Assembly: GCA_963675515.1 (NCBI GenBank)
Contig: OY776328.1
Span: 1,830,001-1,862,000 of the forward strand
Direction of reading: 5' to 3'
DNA length: 32,000 nucleotides
Source of the DNA: Coprobacillaceae bacterium
GTDB taxonomy: Bacteria > Bacillota_I > Bacilli_A > Erysipelotrichales > Coprobacillaceae
This document shows positions 1 to 8,270 of the stretch, in pieces. The position numbers were made by a program, and so were the translations under genes. The notes under the pieces are model-generated. The model searched no databases, had not been told where the DNA came from, and saw only the letters and a program-made list of their open reading frames with translations. The stretch's first letter is position 1. Each line of letters begins with the position of its first letter.

Positions 1-540
1 GATCTGTTTGGTCTGATTGACAATCTTGTTTTGATATTCCACAAACGACTTACCGGCGATAATTCCAAGTCCCAAGAGGATCAGCAGCGAGCTAAAGACA
101 ATCGTTCCCGAAGCAGCAAACAACACTCCAAGCATGGCAAACAAGCTCACACCGATAAGACCGCCGTGGCTGATGACATCACCTTGGAGATATTTTGAAA
201 TCGTTGCAAGACCGCTAAGACTTGAAGGAATTGCGACAATAAGCAAAATCCCCAAGAGCCCAAGATAAAGACCTATCATCTTCACGGTGACCATCACTGG
301 TTGAAGGCCGCGATAGATTACGGCTGCCGCATAACCCAGCGCCAGCGCGTAGATCAAAAAGCTGAAGTATCCAAACAGGTAAAACAAAGTCCCATCAACC
401 AGGGAACCTACCAGTCCCAGTTTGAAAAAACCGATTCCTGCCAAAAAAGCGACAACCAGCCCGATGATCCGGTTGACCAGCTCATTTGAAAGATGGGTGC
501 CTTTGTTTTTTGACTTGGTATTCTTGCTTGTTCTAGCCAT
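1..540 (-). CDS. ftsK: DNA translocase FtsK/SpoIIIE, N-terminal membrane region (5' part only; gene continues past the left edge)
   Basis: The minus-strand frame is open from ATG 540-538 to base 1, and it is absent from the ORF track because it has no stop. AGGAGG lies at 551-546, 5 nt upstream. Hand translation gives MARTSKNTKSKNKGTHLSNELVNRIIGLVVAFLAGIGFFKLGLVGSLVDGTLFYLFGYFS, a basic tail followed by Gly-rich TM helices as in SpoIIIE/FtsK N-termini. It sits downstream of RNase J, as rnjB...spoIIIE does in B. subtilis (from memory). Confidence 0.6.
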   Translation of the reverse strand, partial: MARTSKNTKSKNKGTHLSNELVNRIIGLVVAFLAGIGFFKLGLVGSLVDGTLFYLFGYFSFLIYALALGYAAAVIYRGLQPVMVTVKMIGLYLGLLGILLIVAIPSSLSGLATISKYLQGDVISHGGLIGVSLFAMLGVLFAASGTIVFSSLLILLGLGIIAGKSFVEYQNKIVNQTKQI

Positions 541-577
541 TTTTGCCTCCTTTTGAAAAAATAGCAAGTCACGCTTG

Positions 578-2263
578 CTATATTTCAATGATGATTGGTA
601 ATATCACTGGCCTTTTCCCAGTTTCCTTGGCGACATATTTAGCCACCTTGTCCTTTATTTGAGAACGGATCGTATTCACTTCGACATCCCCGTTATTTTC
701 GTATTTTTCAACAGTTTTGTTCGTGATATCCATCATCGCATTGATAACGTGGGCACTATCACGCAGATATATGAAACCACGGGTCTGGATATCGGTATTG
801 GCGAGGAGTTTGCGGGTCTTGCCATCGACAGTGACCCCGATAATAACAACACCATCGCTCGAAAGCTGGATACGATCATCGATAACCTTTTCACCGACAT
901 CACCGATCCCAATCCCGTCAATCATGACATCCGGTATTTCAAAAGTATCACGGTATCCTGCCAGTTTAGATCCCTCAAAAGTGATCTGTTCGCCGTTGTC
1001 GATAATGACAATGCGATCATCCTTGATTCCCATCGACAGTGCAACATTCCTGTTGTCTATCAGATGCGAATAGTCTCCCTTGATTGGAATGTAGTATTTG
1101 GGTTTGAACAACTGCATGATGAACTTAATATCCTCAGATGACGCATGCATCGATGGCAATTGCCGGTTTTTCAGGATTTTAACATTCGCAGGTGTCTTGA
1201 ACAGCTCGTTTTGAGCTTTTGTCGCTATTTTTTCAGTACCCGGTATTACCGGCGATGCCACAACGACACAGTCTTCTTTCGTGAATTTAAGCAGGTCGTC
1301 GCCGCCATCGACAAGATCAACCAGATCGTGATAGATCCGGTGAGGCGCTCCAGTAAGCAAGACAACGATATTGTCATCTTTGACGATGTGCGACTTGTCG
1401 ACAACCACCTCATTGAGTTTTTCAAATATCGGCGGGTTGATCTTGTTGTTTATTCTCAAAAGCGTATTGGTCGTGTCATAGTTGTCACGGCCATAGAACA
1501 CAAGTTTGCGACGATACTTGCGACACAACTCGATGATTTCGCGAGTCCGATAGACGTTTTGGGCATAAGATGTAATGATTATCCGCCCTTGTGCCTCTTC
1601 AAAAGTGTGTTCGATCTGGTTGGTCAGCTTGTGCTTTGGTGATGTGTAACCCTCATTTTTGGCATAAGAACTTTCAACCATCAAAGCCAATACACCTTTT
1701 TTGCAGATTTCCATCATCTTTGTCATATCCAATGTGAAACCATTGGGCGCCGACAAGTCAACCAGAAATTCTGAACCGTATACGATATAACCGGCTTTTG
1801 TCGCGATTGCCAGCCCGACAGCACCAGGAATCGAATGGGTAACCGGGAAGAATTCAACCTTGATGCCACCGATGTCGACACTACTTGTTCCTTCAACAGT
1901 ATGCAAATCAAGTCTGATAGACTTTTTGTACTGTTTTTCGAATTTTTCCAGCATTTGTTCGATGAAATAACCGGTCAGACTCGGAGCGAAAACAGGAACG
2001 CTGATCACTTCAAGCAGGTATGGCAATGCCGCCATAACGTCATCGTGTCCATGGGTGATGACAATTCCAACGATTCTATTCTTGTTTTCAGTTATATAGC
2101 TCAAATCTGGAATGATTATGTCCACCCCAAGTTTGCTCACTTCAGGGAATCGGATTCCGGAGTCGACAATCAAAATTTTGCCGTCGACTTCAAAGCAGTA
2201 CATGCTTTTGCCCATTTCGGCTTGACCGCCAAGCGGGAGTATTTTAACTAAATTTTTATTCAT
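578..2263 (-). CDS. rnj: Ribonuclease J (metallo-beta-lactamase/beta-CASP RNase), J2-like active-site motif
   Basis: The 561-aa ORF has an AGAGGT RBS. The N-terminus VKILPLGGQAEMGKSMYCFEVDGKILIVDSGIRFPE, the ITHGHDD motif and the C-terminus KRPVILPIIIEI all match the RNase J family layout. Confidence 0.9.
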   Translation of the reverse strand: MNKNLVKILPLGGQAEMGKSMYCFEVDGKILIVDSGIRFPEVSKLGVDIIIPDLSYITENKNRIVGIVITHGHDDVMAALPYLLEVISVPVFAPSLTGYFIEQMLEKFEKQYKKSIRLDLHTVEGTSSVDIGGIKVEFFPVTHSIPGAVGLAIATKAGYIVYGSEFLVDLSAPNGFTLDMTKMMEICKKGVLALMVESSYAKNEGYTSPKHKLTNQIEHTFEEAQGRIIITSYAQNVYRTREIIELCRKYRRKLVFYGRDNYDTTNTLLRINNKINPPIFEKLNEVVVDKSHIVKDDNIVVLLTGAPHRIYHDLVDLVDGGDDLLKFTKEDCVVVASPVIPGTEKIATKAQNELFKTPANVKILKNRQLPSMHASSEDIKFIMQLFKPKYYIPIKGDYSHLIDNRNVALSMGIKDDRIVIIDNGEQITFEGSKLAGYRDTFEIPDVMIDGIGIGDVGEKVIDDRIQLSSDGVVIIGVTVDGKTRKLLANTDIQTRGFIYLRDSAHVINAMMDITNKTVEKYENNGDVEVNTIRSQIKDKVAKYVAKETGKRPVILPIIIEI

Positions 2264-2389
2264 ATTTTACCTCTTCTAATTATAATATGTTAACTTACAT
2301 TAAACTAATGATACCATAATAATAGTCAAAAATAAATTAAGAAAACCGCCACTTTACAAGTTTGTCATAAATATTGTAAAATTAACTGG

Positions 2390-2899
2390 ATGAAAACAAT
2401 TACAAAATTATTTATGGAAAATTTCAAATTGATTGGTTCGCTTGTCCTGCTTTTTTCTTTTGTGACATTATTTTTTTTCGACCCTTTTTTGGATAATTAC
2501 ACCTATTTGTCTTACCATAGTGATTTTCCGATTATTTATTATGGCTGGGTTCTATCAACAACGTCGGTCATTTTCGCCGCTGTGATTATTTTGAGTTTGA
2601 CCAAAACGCAGAAGGCTCTGGCTTGGATATCGTACCTGATGGCCTTGGTTGGATTTTTCAGCCCGTACAATATTTCTCATTTAGATTTTTTCAGCATCAT
2701 TCATGTAGTCTTTCCTAATATTAGTGCATTTGCCCTGATTTGTCTATTAAAGATGCATCTTATTGGCGATTATTTTTTCGATTCCCTGATCGGGATTTTA
2801 TTTTTGATGCTTATTTTTACCGGTTATTACACCGGATTGATCGAGATTTTGTTTATCGCGATTGTAATCCATTATCTAATTCAAATTATACATAAGTAA
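2390..2899 (+). CDS. Hypothetical polytopic membrane protein (Phe/Ile-rich, about 5 TM)
   Basis: 169-aa ORF, strongly hydrophobic throughout, with no family recognised. The RBS is weak. Confidence 0.5.
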   Translation: MKTITKLFMENFKLIGSLVLLFSFVTLFFFDPFLDNYTYLSYHSDFPIIYYGWVLSTTSVIFAAVIILSLTKTQKALAWISYLMALVGFFSPYNISHLDFFSIIHVVFPNISAFALICLLKMHLIGDYFFDSLIGILFLMLIFTGYYTGLIEILFIAIVIHYLIQIIHK

Positions 2900-2978
2900 C
2901 TTTTTTGCGGATCATATCGAAAAATTCTTCTTTTGGAATGAAAAAGGAGTATAATCTAATTAAAGGAGTGATACGTTT

Positions 2979-3434
2979 ATGGTCAAAGTAATTTCAATCA
3001 AAGACAATCAAATGGACAAGGAAGCATTTATCGAGTATATTTCAAACGTTTGGGCCAATGATGAAAATTCAATGGTTTATCGTGACTGCATAGAACACTC
3101 GATGAATTCATTTTTGCCAAATTGGTACTTGCTGCTTGATGATGATAAAATAATCGGTTGTGCGGGCATCGTCCCCAATGATTTCATCTCGCGCATGGAT
3201 CTTTCCCCTTGGCTTTGTTCCCTATATATTGAAAAAGACGCCCGGGGCAACAACTACGGCAGCATCCTGATCGATCGCATCAAAAAGGATCTGACCGCAC
3301 ACAATTATCAGGAGTTCTATCTGTGCACCAATCTTGACAATTATTATGAAAAATACGGCTTGAGCTATTTTGGGCGGGGCTTCCATCCTTGGGGCGAGGA
3401 AGAGAAAATCTATCAGTTCAAAATCACCAACTAG
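2979..3434 (+). CDS. GNAT family N-acetyltransferase
   Basis: 151-aa ORF with an AAGGAG RBS. It has an acetyl-CoA binding-type segment, LYIEKDARGNNYGSILIDRIKKD. Confidence 0.75.
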   Translation: MVKVISIKDNQMDKEAFIEYISNVWANDENSMVYRDCIEHSMNSFLPNWYLLLDDDKIIGCAGIVPNDFISRMDLSPWLCSLYIEKDARGNNYGSILIDRIKKDLTAHNYQEFYLCTNLDNYYEKYGLSYFGRGFHPWGEEEKIYQFKITN

Positions 3435-3436
3435 AT

Positions 3437-3476
3437 AAAGAGGATTAAAAATGAATTCGCATTTTTAATCCTCTTT
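3437..3476. terminator. Bidirectional intrinsic terminator between convergent GNAT and DJ-1 genes
   Basis: Perfect 17-bp stem aaagaggattaaaaatg / catttttaatcctcttt, with A/T runs on both sides. Confidence 0.7.
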
Positions 3477-3478
3477 TA

Positions 3479-4030
3479 TTAGATGTTCGATTTCAAGTAA
3501 GTGTATTGGGTTCCGTCTTCTAGCTTCGCAGTGTCAACGCCCAGCTTGTTCAAAATGGCAAACGCGAAAGCAAATGTCGCTGCCGGACCTTTGGCAGTTA
3601 TTATATTTCCATCAACCATTACAAGACTTTCCTGGTAATTCGCACCGATCAGTTCCTTTTCAAATCCGGGGTAGCAAGTGACTGTCTTTCCTTCAAGGAT
3701 GCCTGCCTTGGCCAACACGATGGGACCGGCGCAGATTGCAGCAACCAACTTGCCATTTTCATAGTGGGATTTTACCAGTTCAACAACCGCATCATCATCT
3801 TGCAGGTTGCGGGCACCCGGCATTCCTCCGGGAATCACAATCGCATCGTAATCGGATTTGATCTCCCCAAAATCCAGGTCAGCCTCGATATTGATATTGT
3901 GACTTCCCTTTACCATCCTGTTGGAAAAACCGACGATGTCACATTGGACATTGGCACGGCGCGCCATATCCACGATTCCCAGAGCTTCCAATTCTTCAAA
4001 ACCATCTTTGCATAAAACAGCTATTTTCAT
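3479..4030 (-). CDS. DJ-1/PfpI (ThiJ/YajL-like) family protein
   Basis: The sequence MKIAVLCKDGFEELEAL...AAICAGP carries the nucleophile-elbow Cys. I chose ATG 4030 (AAGAGGTG RBS 6 nt upstream) over the track's GTG at 4039. Confidence 0.85.
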   Translation of the reverse strand: MKIAVLCKDGFEELEALGIVDMARRANVQCDIVGFSNRMVKGSHNINIEADLDFGEIKSDYDAIVIPGGMPGARNLQDDDAVVELVKSHYENGKLVAAICAGPIVLAKAGILEGKTVTCYPGFEKELIGANYQESLVMVDGNIITAKGPAATFAFAFAILNKLGVDTAKLEDGTQYTYLKSNI

Positions 4031-4079
4031 ATTGATCACCTCTTACTCCATTTTAGCATATCCCTAAAAGTTTTTCAGG

Positions 4080-4108
4080 TTGTTTTTTAAATTTTTTTTT
4101 GATATAAT
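4080..4108 (+). promoter_or_regulatory. Putative sigma-70 promoter for the ECF-S/coaX pair
   Basis: TTGTTT (4080-4085), a 17-nt spacer, then TGaTATAAT (4100-4108). Confidence 0.45.
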
Positions 4109-4168
4109 TCACACGATTTTAGTTTTGTTTTGATATAACACCGGACAGGATCGGTAGTGGAGGATAAT

Positions 4169-4771
4169 ATGAGAAACGAACAAACAAAAAAACTGACCTT
4201 GACAGCGATGTTCATTGCGATAGAACTGCTGTTGTTCATGGTCCCCTTTCTGGGATTCATTCCCATTGGTCCAATCAACGCGACCACGCTTCATATCCCA
4301 GTCATAATTGCGGGAATAATCTTAGGGAAAAACCGCGGCGCCTTGTTGGGATTGGTTTTTGGCATCGCCAGCATAACCAATGCGACAGTAAACCTGACCC
4401 CGGGTTCATTTCTTTTCAGCCCCTTCGTTTCAGGCAACCTGTTTAGCGCATTCATTGCAATAATCCCTCGGATGACTCTTGGATACTTGGCCGGCTGCTT
4501 GTTTGCCTTGCTTCAGAAAATCAGGCCGAATCTTGCTTTGAACATTCCAATTGTGGCTCTTGCAAGCAGCTTATTCCATTCGATATTTGTGCTTGGTTCG
4601 ATATATGTCTTATTTGGCCAGGCTTACGCATCCCTATATGATGTCTCGATTGACGCGTTGGCGGGGATCATTTTTGGCATTCTTGCATCCAACAGCATTA
4701 TTGAAGCCCTCCTCGGTGCGGTTTTGGCAACTCTTGTAAGCACCCCGATTTTGAAATATCTAAGAAAGTAG
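4169..4771 (+). CDS. ECF transporter S (substrate-binding) component, probably pantothenate-specific (PanT-like)
   Basis: About 200 aa and 6 TM, with the N-terminus KKLTLTAMFIAIELLLFMVPFLGFIP typical of ECF S components. GGAGG lies 5 nt before ATG 4169 (the track start 4157 is GTG). The specificity is inferred only from adjacency to coaX. Confidence 0.7.
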   Translation: MRNEQTKKLTLTAMFIAIELLLFMVPFLGFIPIGPINATTLHIPVIIAGIILGKNRGALLGLVFGIASITNATVNLTPGSFLFSPFVSGNLFSAFIAIIPRMTLGYLAGCLFALLQKIRPNLALNIPIVALASSLFHSIFVLGSIYVLFGQAYASLYDVSIDALAGIIFGILASNSIIEALLGAVLATLVSTPILKYLRK

Positions 4772-4780
4772 GAATAGAAT

Positions 4781-5551
4781 ATGTTAATTGCTGTCGACAT
4801 GGGAAACACCAATATCACCCTAGTGATATTCGACAATGACCAGATCATCGCTGAATATCGGCTTACAACCAAGCTCCAAAGAACATCTGACGAGTACGGT
4901 TTCATGATCAATAGTTTTTTGGATGTGTACAATGTGAAGGTGGAAGAAATTGAAGATGTCATAATTTCTTCGGTTGTTCCAAAGATCATGCATGCTTTCA
5001 CCAACGCAATCAAGAAGTATTTGAACCACGATCCGATTATCGTCGGTCCCGGAATCAAGACGGGAATCAAGCTGAAAATTCCTAACCCAAAAGGACTTGG
5101 GGCCGACCGGCTGGTCGATGCCGTAGGCGCCCACAATACATACAAGCGCGCATGTCTGGTGATCGATTTTGGCACCGCGACCACATTCGACGTGGTGGAT
5201 GGTGAAGGATGTTTCCTTGGCGGAGCCACTTCAACTGGAATCCAGGTCATGTGTCAGGCCCTGGCTGCCCAGGCGGCCATGCTTCCCGAATTTGAAATAG
5301 CCATGCCCCAAAATGTGATAGCCAAGGAGACGGTACCCTCAATGCAGGCCGGATGTATCATCGGCTATATCGGTTTAACCGAAAAACTGATAACGGAGAT
5401 CAAGAAGGAATATGGCGCAGACTTGCTTGTGGTTTCGACCGGTGGTCTGGGACGAGTGATTTCCAGCGAAACAGATTTAATCGATGTTTACGATAGAAAT
5501 CTCACTTTCAAAGGTCTCAAAATGATTTATGACAAGAACAAATACCAATAA
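4781..5551 (+). CDS. coaX: Type III pantothenate kinase
   Basis: MLIAVDMGNTNITLVIF and GADRLV/DFGTATTFD are motifs of the CoaX (ASKHA) family. 256 aa. Confidence 0.9.
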   Translation: MLIAVDMGNTNITLVIFDNDQIIAEYRLTTKLQRTSDEYGFMINSFLDVYNVKVEEIEDVIISSVVPKIMHAFTNAIKKYLNHDPIIVGPGIKTGIKLKIPNPKGLGADRLVDAVGAHNTYKRACLVIDFGTATTFDVVDGEGCFLGGATSTGIQVMCQALAAQAAMLPEFEIAMPQNVIAKETVPSMQAGCIIGYIGLTEKLITEIKKEYGADLLVVSTGGLGRVISSETDLIDVYDRNLTFKGLKMIYDKNKYQ

Positions 5552-5571
5552 ACAGGGATAACCTGTTTTTT
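5551..5571 (+). terminator. Intrinsic terminator after coaX
   Basis: Stem aacagg / cctgtt with loop gataa, followed by a T-run. Confidence 0.55.
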
Positions 5572-5686
5572 CATTATTTTATGCAATTCAAAAATTTCAA
5601 TATTTGAATTTTGGTTTTTGTTAAAAAATCTTGTATTCCGCTATAAATCGGTGTATAGTTTATTTAATTTATTTGGAGGTTATCGC

Positions 5687-6754
5687 ATGGATATCAAATT
5701 CGAAAAAGCTACACAATTGAAACAAAAACCTGACCAAACTTCATTAGGTTTTGGCAAATATTTTACCGATCACATGTTTTTAATGGATTATACCCAAGGA
5801 AAAGGTTGGCATGATGCCCGCATCGTTCCATACGCTCCTTTGCAGATCGATCCTGCCACAATGGTTTTGCATTATGCTCAAGAAACATTCGAGGGGCTTA
5901 AAGCGTACCGTCATAAGACTGGTGAAATAACATTATTCAGGCCGGAAATGAACGCACGTAGGATGATCAGATCAAACGAACGCCTTTGCATGGCAACATT
6001 GGATGAGGATTCATTCATCGAGGCCATTGATGAACTGGTTAAAGTCGAACAGGACTGGGTTCCTTCATTGAAGGAAACATCTCTTTACATCCGTCCTTTC
6101 ATGTTTGCTACCGAAACTTCTGTTGGTGTCCATGCCGCTAAATCATACAAGTTCATCATCATTCTGACTCCAGTTGGGGCATACTACCCCGAAGGAGTGA
6201 ATCCGGTTAAAATCTGGGTTGAGGACGAATATGTACGAGCAGTAAAAGGTGGAACCGGCTTTGCCAAATGTGGCGGGAATTATGCAGCAAGTATCGCCGC
6301 TCAAGAAAAGGCCCAGGCTCATGGCTACACCCAAGTCCTTTGGCTTGACGGTGTTGAACGCAAATACGTCGAAGAAGTCGGGACAATGAATGCTATGTTC
6401 GTGATCGACGACAAGGTCGTAACCGCTCCAATCGACGGTTCCGTATTGCCTGGGGTCACCCGTGATTCGATTATCACCCTGTTGAAGGACTGGAACATCG
6501 AGGTTGAGGAAAGAAAACTCTCAATCGACGAACTGATGGATGCGGCTAAAACCGGACGCTTGAAAGAAGCGTTTGGAACCGGAACTGCCGCCGTTATCTC
6601 ACCAATTGGGCAATTGTGCTACAAGGGCGAAGAAGTCCAAATCAATGGTTTCAAGACCGGGAAACTTACTCAAAAATTGTATGATACGCTGACTGGCATC
6701 CAATGGGGTGACGTTGAAGACAAGTTCGCTTGGAACCACGAAGTCAAACTATAG
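5687..6754 (+). CDS. ilvE: Branched-chain amino acid aminotransferase
   Basis: 355 aa counted from ATG 5687 (GGAGG RBS); the track's 5618 start adds an implausible 23-aa leader. The sequence FGKYFTDHMF...YAQETFEGLKAY...GGTGFAKCGGNYAAS is class IV PLP aminotransferase. Confidence 0.9.
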   Translation: MDIKFEKATQLKQKPDQTSLGFGKYFTDHMFLMDYTQGKGWHDARIVPYAPLQIDPATMVLHYAQETFEGLKAYRHKTGEITLFRPEMNARRMIRSNERLCMATLDEDSFIEAIDELVKVEQDWVPSLKETSLYIRPFMFATETSVGVHAAKSYKFIIILTPVGAYYPEGVNPVKIWVEDEYVRAVKGGTGFAKCGGNYAASIAAQEKAQAHGYTQVLWLDGVERKYVEEVGTMNAMFVIDDKVVTAPIDGSVLPGVTRDSIITLLKDWNIEVEERKLSIDELMDAAKTGRLKEAFGTGTAAVISPIGQLCYKGEEVQINGFKTGKLTQKLYDTLTGIQWGDVEDKFAWNHEVKL

Positions 6755-6800
6755 AAAAAAGCTCTTGTTCATATCAACCGATATGAGCGAGAGCTTTTTT
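6755..6800. terminator. Bidirectional intrinsic terminator between convergent ilvE and citrate synthase
   Basis: Long hairpin aaaaaagctct...ttcatatc-aacc-gatatga...agagctttttt, flanked by an A-run and a T-run. Confidence 0.75.
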
Positions 6801-6810
6801 GATCATATTG

Positions 6811-8145
6811 TTATCGTTTTTCCAAAGGAAGATAGACTTCGTTGGATTCGCCGACGAATTTGGCAGCCGGTCTGATGATTTTATTGGTTGAAACCTTGTT
6901 TTCGACATTATGGGCCAGCCAGCCGACAGTTCTGCCGATTACAAACAATGGTGTATAAAGTTCTTCAGGAATGTCTAGCATCTGATAAACAAATCCCGAG
7001 TAGAAATCGACATTGGCGCAAAGATTCAAACCCTTTCGTTCCTTGATGATTTTGATTGCCATCTTTTCAAACCGCTCATAGAAATCAAACTTGGCCTGCT
7101 GGTTCTTTTCAATGGCAAGCTCGTAACAGTTCTTCTTTAAAATCTTGCAGCGAGGATCACTCAATGTGTAAACGGCATGGCCGATACCATAGATAAGGCC
7201 GCTGTTGTCATTGAATTCCTTCGCCAGGATGTCATTGATCAGCTTTTCAAGTTGTTCATCATCGGGTTCAAGTCCCAGTCTTTCAATTGCCAGATTCATC
7301 TGTTTGATGACGGAATGGTTGGCGCCTCCGTGACGCGGTCCTTTCAGTGAACCGATTGCCCCTGAAAAAGCGGAGTAAATGTCGGTTCCGGTTGACGAGA
7401 TAACGACATTTGTGAAAGTAGAGTTGTTCCCCCCGCCGTGATCGGCATGGACGACTAGACAACTATCCAAAATCTGCGCCTCTTTTTGGCTGTAAACCCC
7501 ATCATCACGCAAAAGAAGCAGAATATTCTGGGCAATTGACAGATTAGGGTCGATATGATGGATGACAAGCGATTTCTTGTCAATTTTGTATGATTTGGTC
7601 CGGTATGCGTAGGCTGCCAGGTATGGTATTTTGGCAATCAGATCCAGACCCTTGTCTATTGTCGCTTCAACCGAAATATCTTCAGGAGTCTTGTCAAAAT
7701 TATAAAGCATCAAAACTTCCTGTTGAAGCTTGTTCATTATATTGAATGATTCCGTATTTATGATATTGCTTTCCAGGAAATTGTTTGGCAAGTCATAACG
7801 TGATGACATCTCTTTTTTGAAAACCTCAAGTTCTTCCCGGTTTGGCAGATAACCGAAGATGATCAAAAAACAGACTTCTTCAAAAAGATGAGTTCGGCCT
7901 TCAGCGCCGTTTATCAGGTCTTCGACCGAATATCCGCGATAAAACAGTTTACCCTCGACATCAACTTTCTTGTCCCCTACTTTTTCATAGCCGACAACAT
8001 CGGCTATTTTTGTCAATCGGACAAGGACACCTGTTCCATCCTCGTTTCGCAATCCTTTTTTAACATCGTAAATATTATAAAATTCATCGTCGATTTTATT
8101 AATATCAATACTTTTTTCATAAAATTTTTGAATATTACTATCCAT
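6811..8145 (-). CDS. Citrate synthase
   Basis: 444 aa counted from ATG 8145 (AGGAGG RBS); the track's longer start at 8220 lacks an RBS. VVHADHGGGNNSTF and GPRHGGAN are citrate synthase signatures. Confidence 0.9.
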   Translation of the reverse strand: MDSNIQKFYEKSIDINKIDDEFYNIYDVKKGLRNEDGTGVLVRLTKIADVVGYEKVGDKKVDVEGKLFYRGYSVEDLINGAEGRTHLFEEVCFLIIFGYLPNREELEVFKKEMSSRYDLPNNFLESNIINTESFNIMNKLQQEVLMLYNFDKTPEDISVEATIDKGLDLIAKIPYLAAYAYRTKSYKIDKKSLVIHHIDPNLSIAQNILLLLRDDGVYSQKEAQILDSCLVVHADHGGGNNSTFTNVVISSTGTDIYSAFSGAIGSLKGPRHGGANHSVIKQMNLAIERLGLEPDDEQLEKLINDILAKEFNDNSGLIYGIGHAVYTLSDPRCKILKKNCYELAIEKNQQAKFDFYERFEKMAIKIIKERKGLNLCANVDFYSGFVYQMLDIPEELYTPLFVIGRTVGWLAHNVENKVSTNKIIRPAAKFVGESNEVYLPLEKR

Positions 8146-8178
8146 AAAGTACCTCCTACAACTTAATGTACACACTGT

Positions 8179-8207
8179 ATTATAGCAAATATCGCAAAGA
8201 TTGTATA
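8179..8207 (-). promoter_or_regulatory. Putative citrate synthase promoter
   Basis: On the minus strand there is TGcTATAAT (-10 at 8184-8179, TG at 8187-8186). A weak -35 (TATACA) lies inside the 12-bp palindrome at 8200-8211. Confidence 0.4.
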
Positions 8208-8270
8208 CAATATATTTCAACTTTATTGAAGAATTTTAGTGTGATATAATTTGGTAAAGAGGTGATAAGG

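Noticed and set aside
301-489. 62-aa plus-strand ORF
   Set aside because: It lies antisense inside the well-supported ftsK/spoIIIE N-terminal frame. It has no RBS and a low-complexity Gln/Lys-rich product, so it is a shadow ORF.
659-2251. Several plus-strand ORFs (659-1141, 717-1073, 1145-1642, 1835-2251) and small minus-strand ORFs inside RNase J
   Set aside because: All are embedded in or antisense to the 561-aa RNase J gene. None has family features or start signals.
4624-5250. 208-aa minus-strand ORF (and 4820-5134)
   Set aside because: It is antisense to the clearly recognisable coaX and ECF-S genes. The Ser/Pro/Thr-rich product is typical of a reverse-frame artefact.
5572-5686. Possible T-box or other leader riboswitch upstream of ilvE
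   Set aside because: Only about 115 nt lie between the coaX terminator and the ilvE start, which is too short for a T-box. I could not find a specifier-loop/T-box sequence or a terminator/antiterminator pair, and a plain promoter (TTGTTA-18-TATAAA) fits.
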